Positions 1 through 9,420 of a stretch of DNA of 15,425 bases are shown here, one piece after another. The stretch is from a virus. Its lineage: Duplodnaviria > Heunggongvirae > Uroviricota > Caudoviricetes. Position 1 is the first letter of the stretch; each line of letters opens with the position of its first letter. The stretch lies in the IMG/VR virus record IMGVR_UViG_2698536647_000007; one strand, given 5' to 3'. The translations under genes were made by a program, and so were the position numbers. The notes beneath the pieces are model-generated. The model made no database searches, was not told the DNA's origin, and saw only the letters and a list, made by a program, of their open reading frames with translations.

Positions 1-231
1 CAGCTGGCGTTTGAGACGTGCAATCTCGGTAGACATCTCCAGTTCACGTTCAGAAGACGTCTGCTGATTTTGCTGTTTACTGCGCCAGTTGTAGAGCTGT
101 GATTCATACAGGCTGAGTTCACGGGCTGCGGCAGTAACACCGATGCGTTCAGCAAGCTTCAGGGCTTCACTGCGAAATTCAGGCGAATGCTGTTTACGGG
201 GTTTTTTACTGGTTGATACTGTTTTTGTCAT
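1..231 (-). CDS. insE: IS3 transposase OrfA (InsE-like), N-terminal 77 aa, truncated by window edge
   Basis: My translation of the minus strand from ATG at 229-231 gives MTKTVSTSKKPRKQHSPEFRSEALKLAERIGVTAAARELSLYESQLYNWRSKQQNQQTSSERELEMSTEIARLKRQL, matching IS3 OrfA as I recall it. This ORF is not in the supplied track because it is incomplete. Confidence 0.8.
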   Translation of the reverse strand, partial: MTKTVSTSKKPRKQHSPEFRSEALKLAERIGVTAAARELSLYESQLYNWRSKQQNQQTSSERELEMSTEIARLKRQL

Positions 232-296
232 GTGAGTCACCTCTGACTGAGAGTTTACTCACTTAGCCGCGTGTCCACTATTGCTGGGTAAGATCA
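1..296 (-). mobile_element. IS3 insertion sequence, partial (terminal inverted repeat plus 5' part of orfA; rest lies beyond the window start)
   Basis: Reverse complement of 229-296 reads TGATCTTACCCAGCAATAGTGGACACGCGGCTAAGTGAGTAAACTCTCAGTCAGAGGTGACTCACATG, which I recognise as the IS3 left end running into the orfA start codon. Element end placed at 296. Confidence 0.85.
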
Positions 297-376
297 AGAT
301 GCTTTACGTCTTCCAAGCCCCCTTCCTTGCCGTAAATGGAAAGATACATCTAATTATAGAATTTATATGTTTTACC

Positions 377-952
377 CTACGGCAGTGCTGGCCATTCAAT
401 ATCCTGTGCAGTTGACGTATCAACACGGTTCAGCAACACCCGATACTTTTTCCAGGCTTCCAGCAATGAGGTTTCTTCCTCCGTTGCGATTTCCAGATCT
501 ACAGCATCCTGAAGTGGCGCAATATGCTCACTGGCTACCTGCATCAGGCTGTTTTTTGTTTCTTCCGCCTCTCGGATCCGGAACAGTTTTTCTGCTTCTG
601 CATCTTTCACCCAGGCTGTGCCGTTCCACTTCTGAAACTCCCCTTCCGGCGATAACCAGGTAACATTTTCCGGTAACGGACCGAGTTCAGAAATAAATAA
701 CGCGTCCCCTGACGCTACGTCATAAACCGTTTTACCCCGATGGTCTTCATCGAGATGCCACGATGCCTTATCACTGTTGAAAACAGCCACAAAGCCAGCA
801 GGAATATCTGGTGGTGCAATATCGGTACTGTTTGCTGGCAGACCTGTATGAGGCGGAATATATGCGTCACCTTCACCAATAAATTCATTAGTTCCGGCCA
901 GCAGATTATAAATTTTTATGGTCCGTGGTTGTTCACTCATTCTGAATGCCAT
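377..952 (-). CDS. tfaQ: Phage tail fibre assembly protein (Tfa chaperone), 191 aa
   Basis: ORF track 377..952(-), [24 protein letters not shown]..., recognised as the TfaQ/TfaR/TfaE family. It lies immediately after a tail-fibre tip ORF, the canonical fibre-chaperone order. Paralog assignment (Q vs R/E) rests on synteny with other Qin genes. Confidence 0.8.
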   Translation of the reverse strand: MAFRMSEQPRTIKIYNLLAGTNEFIGEGDAYIPPHTGLPANSTDIAPPDIPAGFVAVFNSDKASWHLDEDHRGKTVYDVASGDALFISELGPLPENVTWLSPEGEFQKWNGTAWVKDAEAEKLFRIREAEETKNSLMQVASEHIAPLQDAVDLEIATEEETSLLEAWKKYRVLLNRVDTSTAQDIEWPALP

Positions 953-1635
953 TATGCAAGCCTCACAATATAGTTAAATGCGATGTTTTTGACGGTGTTT
1001 TCCGCGTTACCAGCAGCGTTAACGGTGATGGTGTGTCCATGTGAACCAATCGCAACGGAGTGCGTATGAGCACCAATACCGACAGTATGCGCGTGTGCAC
1101 CTGCAGATGCTGCTGTGCCGGACAGTGAATGGCTATGATTACCATCTGTACTGGTATTCGCTAACCACCCCGTAGACATACCTACTGAGCCTTGTACACC
1201 CCAGGTATTTTGACCTGAGCTTGTATAACCATATTGATAAGTATCTTTAAAAACACTGGGGTTAAATCGACGGCCATCTCTATGGCTGTGATTACCAGCT
1301 GCATTCGTGCTGCCACTTAAACTATGGGTATGCGCCCCGGTGTTATTCGTGGATTTAGTGCCGTAATCAAACGACGATGTGGTTTTCGTCCCCAAATCCG
1401 TACTGGATGCGCTGGCGCTGTGGGTATGCGATTTAATGCCATCCTGTTCCTGAGACAATACGGCACGACCACTGGCGGGCTTGCCCTTAATCGTCCAGCC
1501 ACGCAAATCAGGGATCACGCCTGACGGATAAGCGGCAGCAAGTTTCGGGTAACCCATCGAAATGGTGCTATTAAGCATAGTTTTTACACGAACCTGCTCC
1601 TGGGAGGGGGCATCAGTGTATTGATCTTTATGCAT
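952..1635 (-). CDS. Side tail fibre C-terminal (receptor-binding tip) fragment, 227 aa, lacking the N-terminal shaft
   Basis: ORF track 952..1635(-). Six G-x-H-x-H motifs (GAHTHS, GNHSH, GNHSHS, GAHAHT, GAHTHS, GSHGHT), typical of metal-coordinating tail-fibre tips. ATG at 1635 preceded by GGAG 7 nt upstream. Far shorter than intact fibres, and about 295 bp of non-coding DNA lies upstream. Confidence 0.65.
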   Translation of the reverse strand: MHKDQYTDAPSQEQVRVKTMLNSTISMGYPKLAAAYPSGVIPDLRGWTIKGKPASGRAVLSQEQDGIKSHTHSASASSTDLGTKTTSSFDYGTKSTNNTGAHTHSLSGSTNAAGNHSHRDGRRFNPSVFKDTYQYGYTSSGQNTWGVQGSVGMSTGWLANTSTDGNHSHSLSGTAASAGAHAHTVGIGAHTHSVAIGSHGHTITVNAAGNAENTVKNIAFNYIVRLA

Positions 1636-1846
1636 TTTGTCGCTCCATTCGTTTGCTCTTCACTTGCGGCTAAAAATATAACGTCAAATCACTCAGCATG
1701 AAAGAGTGAAAGTTTCAGCGCGTTTCCCTTACATAATCTGTCGTTTGTATTCTCTTCAGGCATACCGGAAAGACTAGGTATTGTCACACAACCAATACCA
1801 TCGACAATCGAGATTTATATCTATTCGGTAATGTTTAAATATAACA

Positions 1847-1868
1847 AAACCCCGTAAAAACGAGGTTT
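1847..1868 (-). terminator. Candidate intrinsic terminator downstream of gnsB (weak)
   Basis: Minus strand reads CCTCG-TTTTTA-CGGGG followed by TTTTGTT. Short stem with one G-U pair. Confidence 0.3.
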
Positions 1869-1930
1869 ATGGGTAATTTGTATTGTTGAATAGCATCTGA
1901 TGAGAAATTGATGCTAATACTATAAACATG

Positions 1931-2104
1931 CTAGATTAAATCAATCTTGATATCATAGCTTTCAAGACCAGTCATTTTTTCCCGTGCAGTAAACTGGATA
2001 CTGGTAACTTCTTTCCCGGTCTTTTTCTTAAGCTCAATGATTTTTTTTGTTATATATTCAGAAATATCTGCTTCTGTTTTTGTTTTTAACTCTTCAATGT
2101 TCAT
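1931..2104 (-). CDS. gnsB: GnsB-family small protein, 57 aa
   Basis: Hand translation of the minus strand gives M(M)NIEELKTKTEADISEYITKKIIELKKKTGKEVTSIQFTAREKMTGLESYDIKIDLI, recognised as GnsA/GnsB family. GAGGA lies directly upstream; an alternative ATG one codon earlier ends at 2107. Missing from the ORF track because it is under 60 aa. Confidence 0.8.
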   Translation of the reverse strand: MNIEELKTKTEADISEYITKKIIELKKKTGKEVTSIQFTAREKMTGLESYDIKIDLI

Positions 2105-2276
2105 CATTTCCTCTTTTAGTCTGTTATGACTGTCCTAGTACACAGTAGTGTCAATTATATGGAGCAAACGTATAAAAGATAAGATGAAACATCGCAATAA
2201 TCAACATACGACGGTCTAAATTTCACACAAACAGATAAAGATGATTATCATTTATTATCAATGCATTAGAATCAAA

Positions 2277-2507
2277 TCAATTCAAGAGTCTCATTGCTGC
2301 TTCCAGAATTTCTTCTGAAGTTACATGTCGATCCGCTGCTACATAAATGACTTTATGATCTCCGGTCAGAGATGGAAACCCTGCAGCCATTACAGTGAGG
2401 TGTGTTGTTTCGCCATTTGGATATTCACGCATGATGGTGTTAACTCCGGTCATCACTGGCACTACCATTGCTGGTTCAGAGTTAAAAAAAACTATTATTT
2501 TTTTCAT
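2277..2507 (-). CDS. Small prophage protein, 76 aa, in the position YnfN occupies between gnsB and cspI in Qin
   Basis: ORF track 2277..2546(-) begins at a GTG; the first ATG is at 2505-2507 (MKKIIVFFNSEPAMVVPV...). No strong SD at either start. Identity as YnfN is from synteny only. Confidence 0.5.
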   Translation of the reverse strand: MKKIIVFFNSEPAMVVPVMTGVNTIMREYPNGETTHLTVMAAGFPSLTGDHKVIYVAADRHVTSEEILEAAMRLLN

Positions 2508-2550
2508 AATGTTACCGTAATATGTGAGTATCCATCGACTAGACACTAAG

Positions 2551-2580
2551 CAAAAAAGCTCCCGAAGGAGCCTTCATTTT
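2551..2580 (-). terminator. Intrinsic terminator downstream of cspI
   Basis: Minus strand reads GGCTCC-TTCG-GGAGC followed by TTTTTT. Confidence 0.55.
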
Positions 2581-2778
2581 CACTTTCTTAAATCTAACGA
2601 CAGATGGCTAACATTTAAGTATTGTGAAATATTATCAAATGTAATCATCATTGATTTACAAAAGATACATTTTGCCCCGAAAGGATTTCTGTCAGAAACA
2701 TCAAAAGATGATGTTCTATACTGAGAACCATGGCAACACGGGCATCTAAAGTGAATATGGTTTGTAATATTTTCTACC

Positions 2779-2991
2779 TCAAAGTGCCACTACATGAACA
2801 GCTGCAGGGCCTTTAGGTCCGTTCTCAATACCAAATTCGACTTCCTGATTCTCAGTTAACGTTTTGAAATCGTTGCTCTGAATAGCTGAGAAATGCACAA
2901 ACACATCTTTGCTACCATCTTTCGGCGTGATGAAACCAAAACCTTTTTCAGGGTTAAACCATTTCACTAAACCAGTCATTTTGTTAGACAT
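2779..2991 (-). CDS. cspI: Cold-shock protein CspI, 70 aa
   Basis: [70 protein letters not shown], recognised as CspI. The track ORF starts one Met earlier (2994). Confidence 0.9.
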   Translation of the reverse strand: MSNKMTGLVKWFNPEKGFGFITPKDGSKDVFVHFSAIQSNDFKTLTENQEVEFGIENGPKGPAAVHVVAL

Positions 2992-3327
2992 CATTATTAC
3001 CTTTTGAAGAAGTTAGCCCTTGGGCAGAATGGTCCGAAAAAAAATATCAGAGAGAAAAACCAACAAGGAAATCTCAAGAGGTACAAATAATAAAATTATA
3101 ACAATGACTGCTTCAGATAATTTTGTAACAAACCAGAACACCATTAACGCATGATTAACCAACCATAGCAAGGATTACTTTTGTAAAGAAAAACACACGG
3201 ATGAAACAATAGCTTTATTTATTAATAAAACGTGTCATTCTGTCTAATGACCTTTTATCTTACCCTTAAGATTTCAAGGATTTTGACTCATGGAAGAGTC
3301 CTTTTTATTTAAATTTCACATTCAGCG

Positions 3328-4378
<1,051 letters not shown>

Positions 4379-4382
<4 letters not shown>

Positions 4383-4690
4383 AGATATTTATGATGAGGA
4401 CGCTCGTGCTTATTGGCAGGATTTTCAATCTTAAAGGAGTACTGATGCTGCAGATAAGACTCAACTTTTTCTGACAATTTTTCTGCTACTTCCAGGAAGA
4501 CTTGCCGGACGCTCATTCTGGCTGCTGCCTCATAAAACTCCAGCGCAGCTCCTTCAACACGGTCCATGGCGACATCCAGGCTAAAAATTTCACCGTCAAA
4601 GCGTTCTTTGTCCTGTAAGGCTACAGTTACCGTAACTTTATTCTCAAAATTACGGACTCCTTTCACAACCAGTTCATAGTCTTGAGTCAT
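4379..4690 (-). CDS. ydfR: YdfR-like protein (DUF1327-like), 103 aa, between holin and endolysin
   Basis: ORF track 4379..4690(-), MTQDYELVVKGVRNFENKVTV... Its stop/start overlaps the endolysin start (ATGA). Family name recalled from memory. Confidence 0.7.
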
Positions 4691-4694
4691 TGGA

Positions 4695-4910
4695 TTACTC
4701 TCCTCTCGCAGCCTTACGCCTGTCTTCTTTAATCTTGAAATAAAGATTTGTCAGATACGTCAGCAGGCCAAAAACCAGGCTACCCAGCACACCGATTGCA
4801 GCCCACTGTGACGGAGTTACTTTATCGAGTAACTGCAATGCCCAGAAACCAGCATTACCCGCCGATGTGCCATAGGCAACACCTGTTGTTAACTTATCCA
4901 TTGATTTCAT
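4695..4910 (-). CDS. essQ: Class II holin (phage 21 S-like pinholin), 71 aa, with dual-start motif
   Basis: The track ORF (4695..4985) starts at a GTG; the likely start is ATG 4908-4910, giving [71 protein letters not shown]. The Met1-Lys-Ser-Met4 dual start is typical of holin/antiholin pairs. Two transmembrane segments. Confidence 0.85.
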   Translation of the reverse strand: MKSMDKLTTGVAYGTSAGNAGFWALQLLDKVTPSQWAAIGVLGSLVFGLLTYLTNLYFKIKEDRRKAARGE

Positions 4911-5129
4911 ATCCTCACCCCGATGTACACGGATGGTGCAATATGTTTGAAAAGATCGGAGTCTACGGGGTAGTTTTGACAGCACACGTTGTTCTCAACG
5001 GCGCTAAAAAAACATACACATTAAAAATGTGGGTAATTATTTTGAAAGAAAGTCATATATAAAATAATAATACGAGAAATGTTTTCATATTTAGTGTACT
5101 GTATACGGCCATTTATACAGGAAAAGCCT

Positions 5130-5300
5130 ATGTCAGAACGTAAAGACTCAAAATCACGCCGTAATTATCTCGTTAAATGTTCCTGCCCAAACTGCACCCA
5201 AGAGTCAGAACACAGTTTTTCAAGAGTACAAAAAGGTGCCCTTTTGATCTGCCCTCATTGCAACAAAGTATTCCAGACAAATCTTAAAGCTGTAGCCTGA
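5130..5300 (+). CDS. Small zinc-ribbon protein (C-x2-C ... C-x2-C), 56 aa; possibly YdfK/YnaE-like
   Basis: The track ORF starts at 5079, but ATG 5130 has AGGAAA 5 nt upstream. Sequence MSERKDSKSRRNYLVKCSCPNCTQESEHSFSRVQKGALLICPHCNKVFQTNLKAVA has paired CxxC motifs. Family assignment is from memory and unverified. Confidence 0.55.
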   Translation: MSERKDSKSRRNYLVKCSCPNCTQESEHSFSRVQKGALLICPHCNKVFQTNLKAVA

Positions 5301-5354
5301 TTGATTTTATTAGTAACAAGTATTTTTTATATTTTAATAATATATTTAAAGCAG

Positions 5355-5385
5355 ATAATAAAAAACCCGCCTGAGCGGGTTTGAG
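5355..5385. terminator. Bidirectional intrinsic terminator between convergent zinc-ribbon ORF and cspB
   Basis: CCCGC-CTGA-GCGGG hairpin flanked by an A-run on one side and T-run on the other; the T6 tail is on the minus strand, so it is stronger for cspB. Confidence 0.55.
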
Positions 5386-5663
5386 ATTGTGGTGCTTTTT
5401 GTGGGAGTCATCCACTTACGCACTTTGTTTTGCCATGCCAGCAGTTAGCTTCTGCTGTAAAACTATTCATGCAGCAAACCTGCACTTCACCACAATGGTT
5501 AGCATACTTTTCCTGATTAAGATTTTGCCAAATATGCTGGCCATTGTTTCATGTATTGGACCTCCTTAATTTTTATTAAAGAAATCCAATATTCACTACT
5601 CTGTCCGTATCTCTACTCAGGCATCAGCCTTCTTCGTTATCGTATACAGACGAGCGATGAATT

Positions 5664-5879
5664 TTAATCAGTAATGATGACATTTGCTGCTGCAGGACCT
5701 TTAGCACCACTCTCTATAGAGAAGGTAACCTTTTGACCTTCAAATAAGGTTCGATAATTATCATTCTGAATCGCAGAAAAATGCACAAACACATCTTTAC
5801 TACCATCAACAGGAGAAATAAAGCCGAAACCTTTATCAGCGTTAAACCATTTTACTAAACCAGTCATTTTATTTGACAT
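5664..5879 (-). CDS. cspB: Cold-shock protein CspB, 71 aa
   Basis: [67 protein letters not shown]..., recognised as CspB. About 300 bp of divergent leader is shared with cspF. Confidence 0.9.
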   Translation of the reverse strand: MSNKMTGLVKWFNADKGFGFISPVDGSKDVFVHFSAIQNDNYRTLFEGQKVTFSIESGAKGPAAANVIITD

Positions 5880-6179
5880 TCTACATTCCTTAACTTGAGC
5901 CTTTCGGCATAAATGGTTTGCATAACAGAAACGACTTCGTACTTAATTGGAGAGACTCAAAGAAGGAATAAGTGAATAACACCTGAAATGAGAACTGCTT
6001 TAGTAAACTACTTCGTATATCGTCTGTTCTTCAAACCGACGCAATCATTAACGCATAGTTGAACATATGAAGCAATGTTTATTTTAGACATCCAGCCATC
6101 TTCAACCCCATCAAAAAACTATAGCTTTCTTCAGGAACGTGTGTATAGTGCGCCAAGTTATCAGTATTAAGGAATTTTT

Positions 6180-6392
6180 TTGTCCCGTAAAATGACAGGA
6201 ATTGTCAAAACCTTTGACGGCAAAAGCGGCAAGGGTCTTATCACCCCATCCGATGGTCGTATCGATGTCCAGCTTCATGTTTCAGCGCTCAATCTCCGCG
6301 ATGCAGAAGAAATTACCACCGGATTACGCGTGGAATTTTGCCGGATAAATGGTCTGCGTGGCCCTTCAGCTGCCAATGTTTACCTTTCATGA
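6180..6392 (+). CDS. cspF: Cold-shock-family protein CspF, 70 aa
   Basis: [70 protein letters not shown], recognised as CspF/CspH family; synteny with cspB favours cspF. Start codon at 6180 is TTG with TAAGGAA upstream. Confidence 0.8.
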
Positions 6393-6446
6393 GCTATATT
6401 AAAGCTTTAATTTCAGGCCCCATCGGATCACACATGGAGAGTTTTT

Positions 6447-6536
6447 ATGAATAACCCCGTCTGTCTTGATGACTGGTTGATTGGCTTTAAAAGCTTATGC
6501 TGTACTTTGGCCGTAATAGCTCTGCTAATAATATAA
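6447..6536 (+). CDS. Candidate small hydrophobic protein, 29 aa ([29 protein letters not shown])
   Basis: Found by hand: GGAGAG then 5 nt then ATG at 6447; stop TAA at 6534-6536. C-terminal 12 residues are hydrophobic. Not in the ORF track (below size cut-off). No homology evidence available. Confidence 0.3.
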
Positions 6537-6685
6537 TAAGCAGACTCATTGTGTTTAGGGACATTGTACTGGAAGAAAACATTTTAAACATCAGGCAAAT
6601 AACCAAGTCACCAGCTAAATAATAAGTTAACAGACATGAGTCCCGGGATGAGATTCAACATTACCATTGCCCCATTTAAAGCACA

Positions 6686-6712
6686 AAACCCGCTCATCAG
6701 CGGGTTTTCTAC
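6686..6712. terminator. Bidirectional intrinsic terminator; on the minus strand a candidate late terminator (tR') downstream of the candidate late promoter
   Basis: CCCGC-TCATCA-GCGGG hairpin with T-rich tracts on both strands (TTTTCTACTTTTTCT on plus; TTTTGTGCTTT on minus). Confidence 0.5.
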
Positions 6713-6753
6713 TTTTTCTTAACGTCGGGTATACAAAGCCCATCGTTGAAAAA

Positions 6754-6782
6754 ATTTTATCCATATTTTTTGAAAAATGCAA
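6754..6782 (-). promoter_or_regulatory. Candidate late promoter (PR'-like, sigma70) immediately downstream of the Q gene
   Basis: Minus strand reads TTGCAT, 17 nt spacer, TAAAAT, starting about 30 nt after the quuQ stop. The predicted transcript would run about 60 nt into the 6686-6712 hairpin, the arrangement expected for a Q-modified late transcript. Confidence 0.4.
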
Positions 6783-6813
6783 ACATCATGTCGCCATCTT
6801 CAGCAAAAATCAT

Positions 6814-7566
6814 TTATCTCGTCACCTTCCTCAATTGCGCTTCCGCGTATGCTTCTTCCTGCCAGCACTTTGTTACCAGTTTACCAATGACGTCCGCATA
6901 CCCCTTATACCACTGATAATCGGTCAGGTCTGGTACCAGCTTCTGGACATGACGTCGTGCCAGCGTGGTCGGTAAACGACTAAACCGGTTTCCATTACAA
7001 CGCCCACAAATCTTATATACCGGTACGCCATGAAACCGGGTTCTTTTTTCATCCAGAACAATCCCTTTACCCTTACACCCTCTGCACGCTGTGCTGGCTT
7101 CGCCCTTACCATGGCAATGCTGACATAGTTCCTTCACCCATTCTTCCTTGATTACAGATTCCCCGCGTCTGTAGTGTTTCACCACTTCGCGCAATACATT
7201 ATAAAATCCCGTACCTGAACAATGCTCACAGCGAGCCTTACTTGCCGCAGACCTGGAGTAATCAGCAAAGGCAAAACTCACGAGGTAAGGAATAATCTGT
7301 AACCGGATTTCTTCACTCAATTTGTTCAATGTCGGGTTATCCAGTGCCATCGCGTAATTTAGCAGGCCTTCAATCGCAAACTGAGGGTCCTGAACACCAA
7401 CTTTTGCCAGAAATAAGGCCAACCCAAGTGGTGCTTTCGACTGCACCATCCCCTGCGCTGCCATTACATCCGTAATTGTTAAACAACCGGTGCCTGTCGC
7501 TGGAGCGTCATCGCTCAATTTTGGAGATTTTGGGGAGTAATATTTTGGTAAGGCTTCAAGGTTCAT
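6814..7566 (-). CDS. quuQ: Late-gene antitermination protein Q homologue, 250 aa
   Basis: Track ORF 6814..7596(-); likely start ATG 7564-7566 (MNLEALPKYYSPKSPK...). Contains Cys/His clusters (CEHCSGTG, CQHCHGKGE, CRGCKGKG, CGRCNG) typical of Q-family zinc-binding proteins; recognised as QuuQ. Confidence 0.85.
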   Translation of the reverse strand: MNLEALPKYYSPKSPKLSDDAPATGTGCLTITDVMAAQGMVQSKAPLGLALFLAKVGVQDPQFAIEGLLNYAMALDNPTLNKLSEEIRLQIIPYLVSFAFADYSRSAASKARCEHCSGTGFYNVLREVVKHYRRGESVIKEEWVKELCQHCHGKGEASTACRGCKGKGIVLDEKRTRFHGVPVYKICGRCNGNRFSRLPTTLARRHVQKLVPDLTDYQWYKGYADVIGKLVTKCWQEEAYAEAQLRKVTR

Positions 7567-7579
7567 GCTCGTTCTCCAC

Positions 7580-8287
7580 TTACGCCAGTACGCCAATTGC
7601 CAGCGCGCGATCGATAAAACGAAATATCAGCTCCAGTTGGGAGCCATACTTCTCTTCAAATGCCACTGTATCCGTATGCAGCTCGTTGTGATGCTTTCTG
7701 CACAAAGGCAACACAAAGAGATCATGTGCTTTTGTTCCCATTCCGCCCTGCCCGTGACCAATCAGATGATGCGGATCGTCGGCTGGCATACCGCAGCAAG
7801 CACACGGCTGTGTCTTAACCCAACGTGTGTATTTCTCCTTAACCCAGCGGCGACGTTTAGGCAGCTTCATGAAAGATTCCGGAGACTCTGGATCAACGGT
7901 GATGCTTACCACCGTCTTTTCCTGTGGTAGTTTTTGTTGCTGGTGGGCGTAAGGCAACGGTGCAAGATTTTTTGTGCGTTGTTTCAATATGCTGGTGGCG
8001 GTCTGCTCTCCCGGTACGATGTCGCTTTCGCGGTACACCGAGCAGATTTTTTCCGCTGGTAATCCCAGCGAACGACGCGATACAGCCTCAGGTAGTGCAT
8101 CCACCACCTGATTGCAGACCGCCCACCAGGATAATTCAGCCAAAGATAATTCCCGCTCCTGCGTACCGCTTATTGCGTGACGGATGACGTCAATCACCCA
8201 TGCTGTCAGATTTTGTTGAGCAAGCAGCTCCAGTGATTCCGATGTCTGGTCACGCAGTTGGTTGTCGCAGTGCCAACACAACACCAT
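7580..8287 (-). CDS. HNH-like Cys/His motif protein (DUF968-like, YdfU-like), 235-aa frame; possibly the C-terminal part of a frameshifted gene
   Basis: ORF track 7580..8287(-). Motif CACCGMPADDPHHLIGHG...LCRKHHNELH. This frame stays open upstream to 8413 without a start codon and overlaps the 8206..8655 ORF. Confidence 0.65.
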   Translation of the reverse strand: MVLCWHCDNQLRDQTSESLELLAQQNLTAWVIDVIRHAISGTQERELSLAELSWWAVCNQVVDALPEAVSRRSLGLPAEKICSVYRESDIVPGEQTATSILKQRTKNLAPLPYAHQQQKLPQEKTVVSITVDPESPESFMKLPKRRRWVKEKYTRWVKTQPCACCGMPADDPHHLIGHGQGGMGTKAHDLFVLPLCRKHHNELHTDTVAFEEKYGSQLELIFRFIDRALAIGVLA

Positions 8288-8655
8288 TGCGCCGGTACCA
8301 TAACGGTGAATGACTGTTTCAGTGTGATGGTAGTCGAGACTAAGGGCTTTCTTAACCTCGTATCCGCGCCTGCGGTAGCCTCCATAATTGCAGGCACTAG
8401 CGCCGTGAACTTTTCACGCTTATCCCTGGTGTCAATAGCCTTCCAGCGTTCGAATATCTTCACTCGATTAACGCCAAGCGCTCGCTGATCAACCGCGCCA
8501 CCTTCATCTGTGACACGCTGAACATCGATGTTCGGGCGCTCTTTCAAAGACCAAAATGCTTCAGTGATTAATATCGTCGCCTGCTCCTGTGTCATTCCTG
8601 GTCGACATATCCAGGCATCCAGAGCCTCACGAGCCTGTTCAGGAGTGATTTTCAT
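8206..8655 (-). CDS. Hypothetical protein, 149-aa frame, directly downstream of dicC; possibly the N-terminal part of the same gene as 7580..8287
   Basis: ORF track 8206..8655(-), MKITPEQAREALDAW... ATG overlaps the 3' end of dicC by 17 nt. No recognisable motif. Confidence 0.45.
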   Translation of the reverse strand: MKITPEQAREALDAWICRPGMTQEQATILITEAFWSLKERPNIDVQRVTDEGGAVDQRALGVNRVKIFERWKAIDTRDKREKFTALVPAIMEATAGADTRLRKPLVSTTITLKQSFTVMVPAQWCCVGTATTNCVTRHRNHWSCLLNKI

Positions 8656-8869
8656 TGTTCAACCGCCCCGCCCGCTTCGTCTTACGATATTCGTCATAAA
8701 CTTTGGGATCATACTGAAGCTCCCCGCCAGATGCCTCCTGTAGACGCATCGCGCGACCTTCGGGAACTAAATCCCCTTTCCAGCTATAAAGCGAAGCCAA
8801 ACGAATACCAGCTGCTTGTGCAAGTTTTGTTTTTGAACCGAAATACAAAAGAGCGTCAGTTTTAAGCAT
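8639..8869 (-). CDS. dicC: DicC, Cro-like regulator, 76 aa
   Basis: MLKTDALLYFGSKTKLAQAAGIRLASLYSWKGDLVPEGRAMRLQEASGGELQYDPKVYDEYRKTKRAGRLNNENHS, recognised as DicC. AGGTG lies 6 nt upstream of the ATG. Divergent from dicA. Confidence 0.9.
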   Translation of the reverse strand: MLKTDALLYFGSKTKLAQAAGIRLASLYSWKGDLVPEGRAMRLQEASGGELQYDPKVYDEYRKTKRAGRLNNENHS

Positions 8870-8883
8870 TTAAAACACCTTGA

Positions 8884-8950
8884 TTGTTAGTCATAACTAA
8901 CAAAATAGATGTTAACAAAAACATAGTCAATACGATTTAGCATTAGCTAA
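8884..8950. promoter_or_regulatory. dicC/dicA divergent control region: two 14-bp operator palindromes plus a candidate dicC promoter
   Basis: Perfect palindromes TTAGTcataACTAA (8887-8900) and TTAGCattaGCTAA (8937-8950). On the minus strand TTGACT (8925-8930), 17 nt spacer, TATTTT (8902-8907) precedes the first operator and dicC. Confidence 0.6.
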
Positions 8951-8952
8951 TT

Positions 8953-9360
8953 ATGGATACAAAAAATTTAACTATCGGCGAACGCATTAGGTATCGTCGG
9001 AAAAACCTCAAACACACCCAAAGGTCTCTTGCTAAAGCCCTGAAAATCTCCCATGTGTCTGTTTCACAATGGGAACGGGATGATAGTGAACCTACAGGGA
9101 AGAACCTTTTTGCCCTCAGCAAAGTATTGCAATGCTCACCAACATGGATTCTATTTGGCGATGAAGACAAGCAATCTACAACACCTGTTGAGAAGCCAGT
9201 TGCCTTATCTCCCAAAGAACTAGAGCTCCTTGAGCTGTTTAATGCACTGCCAGAATCAGAACAGGATACCCAGCTCGCCGAAATGCGAGCTCGAGTAAAA
9301 AACTTCAATAAACTCTTTGAAGAATTACTAAAAGCCCGTCAGCGGACAAATAAAAGATAA
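8953..9360 (+). CDS. dicA: DicA, HTH (XRE-type) repressor of the dicB operon, 135 aa
   Basis: MDTKNLTIGERIRYRRKNLKHTQRSLAKALKISHVSVSQWERDD..., recognised as DicA with an N-terminal helix-turn-helix. Confidence 0.9.
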   Translation: MDTKNLTIGERIRYRRKNLKHTQRSLAKALKISHVSVSQWERDDSEPTGKNLFALSKVLQCSPTWILFGDEDKQSTTPVEKPVALSPKELELLELFNALPESEQDTQLAEMRARVKNFNKLFEELLKARQRTNKR

Positions 9361-9420
9361 CATCATCAATGAGTTATCTTTTACCACATTAATTATGTTA
9401 GCCATAACATACAAAATCAC

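Noticed and set aside
297-376. Possible invertase crossover site (gix/pix-like) between tfa and IS3
   Set aside because: No AAACC-NN-GGTTT core is present here or anywhere else in the window.
367-663. 98-aa plus-strand ORF
   Set aside because: Lies entirely antisense to the well-supported tail-fibre assembly gene, has no ribosome-binding site and a low-complexity Pro/Leu-rich translation.
5381-5569. 62-aa plus-strand ORF after the zinc-ribbon gene
   Set aside because: It starts inside the terminator hairpin region, has no ribosome-binding site and sits in the cspB 3' flank.
5880-6179. Cold-box element (cspA-type UGACGUACAGA) in the cspB/cspF divergent leaders
   Set aside because: I could not find a convincing match by eye, so no cold-box is claimed; the long leaders are noted only as typical of csp genes.
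6667-6975. 102-aa plus-strand ORF overlapping the terminator and the 3' end of the Q gene
   Set aside because: It begins within the terminator hairpin and runs antisense to the Q gene; no ribosome-binding site.
8656-8952. Hok/Gef-type toxin or RelBE module near the immunity region
   Set aside because: dicC is followed directly by the 149-aa ORF; no short hydrophobic Hok-like frame and no RelE/RelB-like ORFs are present.
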